A stretch of DNA of 23,768 nucleotides, taken from positions 1 to 23,768 of the forward strand of contig JBAXWY010000046.1 of the NCBI GenBank assembly GCA_037128175.1, given 5' to 3'. Of the stretch, positions 15,866 to 23,768 are shown one piece after another. The notes below the pieces were generated by a model, which was not told the origin of the DNA, ran no database searches, and saw only the letters and a program-made list of their open reading frames with translations. The position numbers and the translations under genes are program-made. This DNA is from Methanothrix sp. (GTDB taxonomy: Archaea; Halobacteriota; Methanosarcinia; Methanotrichales; Methanotrichaceae). Positions within the stretch are counted from its first letter, which is position 1, and every line of letters begins with the position of its first letter.

Positions 15866-17368
15866 TCAGTTAGGCGGCTCGCCTCTTTTCATCCTTTTCA
15901 TATACTTGCTGAGCAAATGGTCCGCCATCAGGTTTATGCCCGTCAGGGCGGCGTGAACGGCTGGTCCCGCCGTCATCCTTTCTCGGTAGAGGCGGTGCAA
16001 TTTCTTGAGATGCCGCAGGTTATACTCCAGGCATAATCCCACCAGCTGCCAGTGCTCGGGCAGGGCATCCTCTCTGGCAAAGCCTTTTCTTCCACCCAGC
16101 TTCGTATCGGCGATGGTGGTGAAAAAGAGGGGCAGCATGAGCCCGGTGTAATCCATGAGGGACTCCACCAGTTCAGTGGTCTTTATGACATCCTCAGCCG
16201 TCTCTTCCGGCAGACCCAGGACCAGGCTGGCCACAGGCAGCCAGGACTCCTCCGCGAAGAGACGGTAACAATCCCTTACAATTTCGGGCCAATTGTCGAT
16301 CTTTGCGGGCCGCGCTTTATTCGGCATATGCATCTTTAGGATGCGGCAGCTTCCCGTTTCGATGCCGATCCAGGCCGACATGTGATTCTGATCCCTGCCC
16401 ACGCCTACTATTCGCGAGACGTCGCGGAGGAGTTCCGGGTTTTGATGGACTGAGGCCAAGCTTAGGTGGGAGACATCAATGGTCTTGGGCCCGAGCTGCT
16501 TTACGTTGGACACCAGTTCCAGTATCTTCTTTTCATCGGGTTTGCCTTCGCGATAGCCGTAGGAGAAGAAATCCTCGCTGTGCAGGATGATGTCCTTCTG
16601 GCCGCTCTCCAGGTTCACCCGCACGTCACCCAAAATTTTATCCAGCGGCCGGTGGCGCAGGGTGCGCATGGCCGGCGAGCAGAAGGCGCAACCTCGCCAG
16701 CAGCCTCTACCGATCTCCACAATGCCGCCGATGGTAGCTTTGCGATTGACAGGAATGGCCTCCCCTAGGACCGCTTTCCCCCGGATGACGGGCGGGACGC
16801 TTTCCTTGCCAATGATCTTTCTGCATATCTCCGGAAAATCGCTTTCTCCTTCGCCCAGGTAAATGTGGTCCACGAACACGTCTTCGCCCATCACCTCCCA
16901 GGCGCCGTTGCCACCTACTACTACCTTTGGCCTGTGCTCTCTGATGAGCGGGTGGCGCAATAGTTCCAGAAACTTGGTGCGATTGAAGGGCGGCCCTCTG
17001 CCGATGATATCTTCGACTTCTCGCACGGCGATCTTCCCCATAGGATCGTCATGAGTTATGCCTACGATCTTTGTCTCTGGTCCGATGGCCTTGTCCAGAT
17101 GATAGGGATGGGCCACCATTACCTCTTCTCGGGAGAAGCCTGCTTCCAGCAATGCCGCTTCTACCTTTCGCATGCCGCAAGGTGCGAGCTCTGCCGAGCC
17201 ATCCTTTGCAGCAGGTACGGGCGGGCAGAACAATTTACGAAAAATCCAGTCAGGCAAAGTTGCCCTGGGCATTATGGCGGCAAAGCCGAGCATCACTCCA
17301 CCGTGATAGCTGCTCATCATGGTGGTGTCGCTCGTGAGAACGATTCTCTTGCCGGGCATCTGTGGCAT
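15866..17368 (-). CDS. B12-binding-domain radical SAM protein (COG1032-like)
   Basis: APCGMRKVEAAL, VVVGGNGAW, GEGE, EIGRGCWRGCAFC, IGIETGS, LVLGLPEET. Confidence 0.85.
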   Translation of the reverse strand: MPQMPGKRIVLTSDTTMMSSYHGGVMLGFAAIMPRATLPDWIFRKLFCPPVPAAKDGSAELAPCGMRKVEAALLEAGFSREEVMVAHPYHLDKAIGPETKIVGITHDDPMGKIAVREVEDIIGRGPPFNRTKFLELLRHPLIREHRPKVVVGGNGAWEVMGEDVFVDHIYLGEGESDFPEICRKIIGKESVPPVIRGKAVLGEAIPVNRKATIGGIVEIGRGCWRGCAFCSPAMRTLRHRPLDKILGDVRVNLESGQKDIILHSEDFFSYGYREGKPDEKKILELVSNVKQLGPKTIDVSHLSLASVHQNPELLRDVSRIVGVGRDQNHMSAWIGIETGSCRILKMHMPNKARPAKIDNWPEIVRDCYRLFAEESWLPVASLVLGLPEETAEDVIKTTELVESLMDYTGLMLPLFFTTIADTKLGGRKGFAREDALPEHWQLVGLCLEYNLRHLKKLHRLYRERMTAGPAVHAALTGINLMADHLLSKYMKRMKRGEPPN

Positions 17369-17460
17369 AGGCTCCTCTCCATCCCAGTTAAGGCAGATAA
17401 CGTTGTTGGACCGGAAAAGCCCAACAAGTTTTTATCGGATTGCCTACTTTTGGGGAATTC

Positions 17461-18963
17461 GTGCAAGAGAAGTCGTTAGCGGAGATCAACGAACGCATTC
17501 GCGACGGGAGCGCCCGCGTCGTAACGGCAGAGGAGATGCCTGACATCGTGGACGAGCTGGGCCTTGACGGAGCCGTGCGCGAGGTGGATGTAGTAACCAC
17601 TGGGACTTTTGGAGCCATGTGCTCCTCTGGAGTATTTCTCAATCTGGGCCATAGCGACCCGCCCATAAAAATTTCCAAAGCTCTGCTCAATAAAGTAGAA
17701 GCCTACGGTGGAGTCGCCGCGGTGGATCTATTCTTAGGCGCGACGCAGCCCTCCGAGGACCGGGGAATAGAGTACGGTGGGGCGCATGTCATGGAAGATC
17801 TCATTTCGGGAAAGCAGATAGAGGTGGACGCATATGGTGCGGGCACAGACTGCTATCCTCAGATGGAGCTGGAGACCTGTCTGCGTCTTGAGGATTTCAA
17901 TCAGGCCATCATGGTCAATCCCCGCAACGCTTACCAGCGCTACAATGCGGCCACCAATTCCGCCGACCGTACCATGCATACCTACATGGGCACACTGCTT
18001 CCTCGCTTTGGCAATATTCACTACAGCGGATCGGGTGTTCTCTCCCCGCTATCCAATGATCCCAACTTCGATTACATTGGAATAGGTACGCGCATCTTTC
18101 TGGCCGGAGCCCAGGGCTACGTTATGGGGGCCGGCACGCAGCATAATCCCCAGAATAACTTCTCCACGCTCATGGTCACGGGCGACATGAAAAAGATGAA
18201 TAATCGCTTTCTCAGAGCGGCGACATTTTATAAATACGGCCCCAGTCTCTACCTGGGAATAGGCATTCCTATACCAATCCTTAATGAGAAGCTGGCCAAG
18301 AGCACAGCAGTGCGGGATAGGGACATCACCGTTCCTGTAGTGGACTACGGCATTGCTCGCCGGGATCGCCCCTCTTTGAAGATGGTAAGCTATGAGGATC
18401 TGAAGTCGGGAATGATCGAGATTAATGGGAAAGAGGTCTCCACCTCCTCACTCTCCAGTTTCCATGTGGCCAGGGAAGTGGCACTCACTTTAAAGCAGCA
18501 GGTGGAGAAGGGCGAGTTTCTGCTAAGCTCTGCCGTGGAGCCACTATCACGCGTTGGCAGTGCCCGGCCCATGAAGCAGACCAAGGAATCGCCAAATGTG
18601 GGGGACGTCATGAGTCGCGACGTGGTCACGGTTCATGAGGACATCGGGGTAGAAGAAGCGGCCCGGCTGATTGTGAGCGGCAGCTTCGATCACCTGCCTG
18701 TGATCTCCCGGGATGGACGGCTGATGGGCATAATCACCGCCTGGGATATCTCCAAGGCAGTGGCTGGTGGCAAATCCTCTCGCATTGGAGATATCATGAC
18801 GAGAAGGGTTTATTCTGTTAAAGCGGATGAGCCCATTGAACTCGCAGCCCGCACCTTTGATACGCACAGCATCTCGGCAATGCCGGTGGTAGACCGGGAC
18901 AATAAGGTAATTGGAATGATCACCAGCAATCACCTTTCCCGGCTCTTCGCGCGGAGGCGATAG
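17461..18963 (+). CDS. Homocysteine biosynthesis protein / L-aspartate semialdehyde sulfurtransferase (MA1821-type, DUF39 plus CBS pair)
   Basis: EINERI...VVTAEEM...VDVVTTGTFGAMCSSG, NPRNAYQ, PLSNDP, GTRIFL, and two C-terminal CBS domains. GTG 17461 is preferred over TTG 17440. Confidence 0.9.
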   Translation: MQEKSLAEINERIRDGSARVVTAEEMPDIVDELGLDGAVREVDVVTTGTFGAMCSSGVFLNLGHSDPPIKISKALLNKVEAYGGVAAVDLFLGATQPSEDRGIEYGGAHVMEDLISGKQIEVDAYGAGTDCYPQMELETCLRLEDFNQAIMVNPRNAYQRYNAATNSADRTMHTYMGTLLPRFGNIHYSGSGVLSPLSNDPNFDYIGIGTRIFLAGAQGYVMGAGTQHNPQNNFSTLMVTGDMKKMNNRFLRAATFYKYGPSLYLGIGIPIPILNEKLAKSTAVRDRDITVPVVDYGIARRDRPSLKMVSYEDLKSGMIEINGKEVSTSSLSSFHVAREVALTLKQQVEKGEFLLSSAVEPLSRVGSARPMKQTKESPNVGDVMSRDVVTVHEDIGVEEAARLIVSGSFDHLPVISRDGRLMGIITAWDISKAVAGGKSSRIGDIMTRRVYSVKADEPIELAARTFDTHSISAMPVVDRDNKVIGMITSNHLSRLFARRR

Positions 18964-18966
18964 AAA

Positions 18967-19353
18967 ATGAAACTCATGCTGCATGTAGCTCCCGGCATTG
19001 TGCGTTATCCTCTCATAGCTTCAGTCATCCTGGAGACGGGCGCTCTGGTGAACATAGAGAGAGCCAGCATCGATGCTGTGAGCGGAGAGATTGTCCTGGA
19101 AGTGCCCCAGGACAAGTGTTTGATGGTAAAGGAGGCATTCGAGAGGCGCGGGGTAAAGGTCGTGCCTCTGGAGATTCCCGTCATCAGAGATGAGAATGAG
19201 TGCGTGCATTGCGGGGCGTGTATTTCCATCTGCCCGACGGGCACATTCCGTTTTGAGGATTGGCGGGTCGTGGCCGATTCTGGCAAGTGCATTCAGTGCG
19301 GAGCCTGCATCATGGGCTGTCCTCAGCGTGCTTTGAAGTTGGTCTTGAAGTAG
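18967..19353 (+). CDS. NIL-domain ferredoxin, iron-sulfur partner of the homocysteine biosynthesis protein (MA1822-type)
   Basis: N-terminal NIL-like domain (LVNIERA) plus CVHCGACISICP and CIQCGACIMGCP. Lies 3 bp downstream of the previous gene. Confidence 0.9.
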   Translation: MKLMLHVAPGIVRYPLIASVILETGALVNIERASIDAVSGEIVLEVPQDKCLMVKEAFERRGVKVVPLEIPVIRDENECVHCGACISICPTGTFRFEDWRVVADSGKCIQCGACIMGCPQRALKLVLK

Positions 19354-20028
19354 CTCTTAGTATTAAATTTTTTTTGTTGGCCATGATTAAGTACTTATTA
19401 TTGATCAATACGTATATAACATAATAATTATATGTAACACGTAGTTTCTGGTCGTTCTTGATATAGACAAACAACGATAATTTATATTAATATTATTAAT
19501 ACGTATTTATTCGCCTAACCCTGCCACGCTCAATAAATCGTCATATTTAAATAGTTTTAAATATATTTTTTTTGAAAGCCGCGATTCGATATGACATGTT
19601 ATTTTGAGATTTTTCAGATAGCAATCTTTGCGCACACTTATAAATAAATATACAATTAGTTTTTTCGTGAAATATTCATGTTTGTATAGATTACGATTTG
19701 CGCGCGCTGCTGTCTATATTTTTAATCAAAAAATTTTAATTAATATAATTTTTAAATTGAAAAGAAATAATGTAATTTGTATTCCAAATTTGTGGCAAAT
19801 TTATTAAAATATTTATTAATCTAATTCAGTTATTAATTTAACAATCAAAAGAAATGGTAACTTATATATGTTGGGACAGTTAATACTCAGAATATAGGTT
19901 AGTGGTGTATATTTTAGCGGTTGTAGAGGGAGATATGATATTTGATACTGATCCGCTATGTGATATGGAAAAGCAATTATTAATTCAATCCTTTTTACAT
20001 ATTTTATTTATTAGTTCTGTTACTACAG
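19354..20028. other. Long AT-rich intergenic region
   Basis: No ORF of 60 aa or more in the track. Visibly far more AT-rich than the flanking genes. Confidence 0.85.
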
Positions 20029-20037
20029 GTGGACAAG

Positions 20038-23000
20038 ATGACAGATGACTGCAACGTTTTCTCTTTAGACATCCTGGCCGAGGCCCTTTGCCAGCCGGGA
20101 GGCTACGAGCCAATGCGGCTGCGCGTCCTCTCTCGCCAGGGGCCTGATCTAGTTTCCACCTTCATTGAGGCCATACTCACCTCCAATGAGGATCAGATGC
20201 AAAAGAGGCTCGCCGGGCTGGCAGATTCACTCTCCGGCAATAGCAGCTCTGCAGCCTGGTTTAATCTGGGTCGGCTGGCTGCCAGCCTCTTCTTTCGCCG
20301 CGCCGCCGAGGAGTATTTTGAGATGAGTGCCTGTCTGGCCCAGGCAGAGGGAGACGATAAGGGTGAGGCGCAGGCTTGGTTATCTTTGGGCAGCCTCTAC
20401 CGTGATGATGAGGACTGGATTCGAGCCTGCCGGTTCTATGAAAAAGCCTTGCAAGCCCTTGATAAGGGCAAGAGCCTGCCTCTTATGTGCACCGTCCTGA
20501 TAAATTTAGGCAGGGCCCTTCGTCAGCAGGGAGATATCTCCAAATCGGAGCAGTGCTATTCCAGGGCTTTATGTTTGCTCGATGGCAATGATCATTCAGG
20601 CCGGGCCGATGTTCTCGACTGCCAAGGAGAGCTTTGCCAGATAAGGGGTAACTATGCCGGGGCGGAGGAATGCTATCAAAAGAGCCTCTCTCTGTGGGAA
20701 AAGGCCCAGGACCGAGGGGCAATGGCGGCATCGCTCGCTGCGCTCGCCGGCGTCTATCAGCTCACCGGGGCGGCAAATAAGGTGGAAAGCTGCCTGGAAA
20801 AAGCCCGGCACCATCTGCAAGATATCGGCGACGAGTTGGCCGCAGCCAGGATGCGTTTTCAACTGGCGGATTTCTTTTTCCTGGAAGGCCTGCACAATGA
20901 GGCGGTAGACCATTATGAAAAGAGCCTGCCTGCATTAGAAGACGGCGACCCAATCCTTGCCGCCCGCGCTCAAAGTCGCATGGGGCAATGCTTCCAGGAA
21001 TTGGGCAACTACGTCCTTGCAGAGGTTCATTTAGAGCGGGCCAGAGAGATCATGCAAGGTCAGGGCGACCTATGCGGCGTTGCTGATCTGCTCATAATGC
21101 TTGCCGGCAATTATCGCAGGCAGAATCGGCTTGATGAGGCTTTGCAATGCTCCCTGCAATGCCTGGAGATCAGAGAGCAGCAAAATGACCACCATGCGAT
21201 TGCCGATGCATATAGCTGCATGGGACTGATTCATGCCGACCGACGCGAATACCGCCTGGGAAAAGTTTGCTTTCAAAGGGCAGTAGATCTCTTTATGCAG
21301 AACGGCAAATGCTTGCCCGCGGCTGAGGCGCTCTCCAATTTGGGAAGCTTATGCCATCTGTTTGGGGAGCCTCTGGATGCCTTAAACTGCTATCTTCGCT
21401 CTTTAGAGATCTTCCAGGAACTGGGCAATGAACAGGGTCAGTCCCAGACCGAGGCAAATTTAGGCCTGATCTACCAGAGCAAAGGGGAGTTCTCTCTTGC
21501 CGAAGATTATTTTCAAAAGAGCCTGGCGGCCAGAGATGGGGCAGATGTGGCCGGCGCCTCCGCCATCAAGCTCTCCCTGGGCCTGACAGCTCAGCGTAGG
21601 GGCGACTGGGGTAATGCCCTGGATTATTTTATGCAGGCCGCCAAGGATTTTGAAGATCTGGGTGATCTGCATGGTTTTTCTCTGGCACAAAACAATCTGG
21701 GAAATCTTCACTCGGATAGGGGGGACATTCAGAAGGCTATTTTATGCTATAACTTGAGTCTGGATGCCAAGCGTGCTCAAAATGACCGGCACGGCATGGC
21801 CACAACTCTTGCCAATCTGGCGGCTGCCTATTTTCAGGATGACGAGCTGGAAACGGCGGAGGAGATGTACCTGCAGAGTCTGGAGATCTTCCAAGAGATG
21901 GGCGACCAGAGGGGCGAGGGACAGTCGCTCCTCGGCCTGGCAGGGGTAAGGGTCGAGAAGGGGGAGCTAAAGGAAGCTATGAAGAATTTTCAGGACTGCC
22001 TCATGCAGGGGATGGAACGGCAAGACTCCCTGGCCATGACAGCATCTTTGAATGGCCGGGTTATGGTATCTCTCCGGCTTGGTCTATGGCAAGAGGCAGA
22101 GACCTGCTATGTTCAGGTATTGGATGCCCTTCGCACCATGGGCGATTCGGGGGCAACGGCGGCAGTATTATGCTCATGGGGAAATCTGCAAGCTGATCTG
22201 GGTGAGTGGGATCATGCCATTGAGAACTATAGAGCGAGCCTGGTCATCCTGGAGCGGCTAGGAGACGATTATTCCATGGCTGTGGCCCAAAACAACCTGG
22301 CCAATATCTTTTACCGGCGTGGCGATTGGAAAGAGGCTCTAGAGAATTACCACCAGAGCCAAGAAGGCTTTGCAAAGGCTGGTGATGATAAAAGCCAGGC
22401 ATCCGTCTTGAGCAATATGGCCAGCCTCTGCTACAAGAGAGGCGAATGGTCCCAGGCATTAGAATGCTACCAGGAGAGCCTGGATCTCTTCGAGAGGCTG
22501 GAGGATATGGATGGTGCGGCGCAGGTGCTGGGCAATTTGGGCAACTTCTACCACCGCAGAGGCGAGCAGAGCTTAGCCAAAGAGCATTTCTTAAGGGGCC
22601 TGGAAATTTTAAAGCGTCTGGGAGACCGGCAGGGCGCCCTGGAGATGCAAGCCAATATCGACATGTTAAGGCCTGGCCGGGGCGACATTCCTGAAAATCT
22701 CGATGATTACTATAAGCAGCTTGGCGAGTTGAAAGCACAAGGAGACCTCTCCGGTCAGGCAGAGGTGCTCGGTGCACTGGCGGGCTCTTTTGCGGACCGC
22801 TGCCAGTGGGAGTCTGCCCTCTCCTGCTACCAAGAGAGCCTGCAGCTTTTTGCGGCCGTAGGGGAGATCTACAATCAGGCTCAGATTCGCTTCAATATGG
22901 CCCTGGTTTATAAGGACAAGGGCGATTTAGCTGGAGCCGTCACGCTTTTTGGCGAGGCCCTGGAGATATTTCAGAGGCTTGACGCCGCTCCTTGCATCGC

Positions 23001-23718
23001 CCAGGCCAGGCAGAATATGGGCATCATCCTTGGTCTGAGGGGCCAGGCGAAAGAGGCCGAAGATCACTTTAGCCAGGCCATCCGCATGCAAGAGGAGCTA
23101 GAAGCTCCGAAAGATCTGTGCGAAGGATATCTGGCCAGGGCGCAGTTCCTGGTTCGGGAGGGGCGGCTGGTTGAAGCAGAATTCTATCTCAGCCGGGCAG
23201 AGATGCTCATATCTCGCACCGATTGTCCGATCCTTAATATCCTGCTCTACAATACAAAAGGGGAGCTTCGTCAGTTGGAAGGTCGCCTCCCAGAGGCAAT
23301 GAGCTGTTTTGAGAGGGCTTTATCTCAGGCAAGAATGCTCTCCAACCCCTACGAAGAGGCCAAAGCCATAGCCAACCTGGGAAGGCTGGCTTTGCAGGTC
23401 AAGGACTATCCTGATGCCCTGGTCAAGTTGCAGCAGGCGCTGGCAGCCATGAATCGCCTGGGGGCAATGCATGATTCCCTGGCCCTTTACCAAGATCTTC
23501 ACCGTCTCTTCCTGGCTCAGGGGGATTATGCGCGAGCGGAGGAGATGGCAGCACTTCGGGAGCGGGAGACCGGCAGGCTCGGATACATGGAGCTGCAATT
23601 ATCCGGTCATGAGGAAGGCCGTAGTAACGTAACTTTCCATGCGAAGAGGGAAAAAGAAAATTCTGAAAAGCAGTCTGATCCTTCGCCCCATCATTTGCAG
23701 CACAGCACGATATGCTAG
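20038..23718 (+). CDS. Giant tetratricopeptide-repeat protein (about 1226 aa, ~40-aa repeats)
   Basis: Recurring A..L.NLG..Y...G.W..A...Y..SL......GD units over nearly the whole length. ATG 20038 follows AGGTG; the alternative start is GTG 20029. Confidence 0.9.
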   Translation: MTDDCNVFSLDILAEALCQPGGYEPMRLRVLSRQGPDLVSTFIEAILTSNEDQMQKRLAGLADSLSGNSSSAAWFNLGRLAASLFFRRAAEEYFEMSACLAQAEGDDKGEAQAWLSLGSLYRDDEDWIRACRFYEKALQALDKGKSLPLMCTVLINLGRALRQQGDISKSEQCYSRALCLLDGNDHSGRADVLDCQGELCQIRGNYAGAEECYQKSLSLWEKAQDRGAMAASLAALAGVYQLTGAANKVESCLEKARHHLQDIGDELAAARMRFQLADFFFLEGLHNEAVDHYEKSLPALEDGDPILAARAQSRMGQCFQELGNYVLAEVHLERAREIMQGQGDLCGVADLLIMLAGNYRRQNRLDEALQCSLQCLEIREQQNDHHAIADAYSCMGLIHADRREYRLGKVCFQRAVDLFMQNGKCLPAAEALSNLGSLCHLFGEPLDALNCYLRSLEIFQELGNEQGQSQTEANLGLIYQSKGEFSLAEDYFQKSLAARDGADVAGASAIKLSLGLTAQRRGDWGNALDYFMQAAKDFEDLGDLHGFSLAQNNLGNLHSDRGDIQKAILCYNLSLDAKRAQNDRHGMATTLANLAAAYFQDDELETAEEMYLQSLEIFQEMGDQRGEGQSLLGLAGVRVEKGELKEAMKNFQDCLMQGMERQDSLAMTASLNGRVMVSLRLGLWQEAETCYVQVLDALRTMGDSGATAAVLCSWGNLQADLGEWDHAIENYRASLVILERLGDDYSMAVAQNNLANIFYRRGDWKEALENYHQSQEGFAKAGDDKSQASVLSNMASLCYKRGEWSQALECYQESLDLFERLEDMDGAAQVLGNLGNFYHRRGEQSLAKEHFLRGLEILKRLGDRQGALEMQANIDMLRPGRGDIPENLDDYYKQLGELKAQGDLSGQAEVLGALAGSFADRCQWESALSCYQESLQLFAAVGEIYNQAQIRFNMALVYKDKGDLAGAVTLFGEALEIFQRLDAAPCIAQARQNMGIILGLRGQAKEAEDHFSQAIRMQEELEAPKDLCEGYLARAQFLVREGRLVEAEFYLSRAEMLISRTDCPILNILLYNTKGELRQLEGRLPEAMSCFERALSQARMLSNPYEEAKAIANLGRLALQVKDYPDALVKLQQALAAMNRLGAMHDSLALYQDLHRLFLAQGDYARAEEMAALRERETGRLGYMELQLSGHEEGRSNVTFHAKREKENSEKQSDPSPHHLQHSTIC

Positions 23719-23768
23719 TACAGCTGGGCTTAAATAAGCCTAATTTTAGGCTGTAAGTGCCCTCCCTC

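Noticed and set aside
19354-20028. Replication origin
   Set aside because: The region is AT-rich, but I see no ORB-like repeats with G-strings and no adjacent orc1/cdc6 gene.

Overview
Archaeal methanogen DNA, most likely Methanothrix (Methanosaeta). This is inferred from iorAB, the MA1821/MA1822-type homocysteine genes, DUF2551, TATA-box promoters and T-run terminators. The first 8.5 kb is a cluster of eight secreted, Cys-containing proteins that look beta-strand-rich. Five are near-identical tandem copies of a 256-282 aa gene (1-5315). Two are much more divergent proteins carrying the same motif series (5569-6363, and 6423-7592, which also has an extra Ig-like domain). The last is a sixth, diverged copy (7763-8491). 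The six close copies differ almost only in two short loops. Copies 2-5 each have their own promoter and a structured 5' leader, and every copy is followed by a hairpin. My best interpretation, by inference and not by database match, is a multi-subunit extracellular polymer locus, probably the proteinaceous sheath (MspA-type). Next come an unannotated 50-aa basic ORF, a membrane GT2 glycosyltransferase, dodecin, a kinase-fold protein and a HEAT protein. These are followed by iorAB, two radical SAM genes, DUF2551, the homocysteine biosynthesis pair, a ~680 bp AT-rich spacer and a ~1226 aa all-TPR protein. No rRNA, tRNA, CRISPR array or transposase was recognised.
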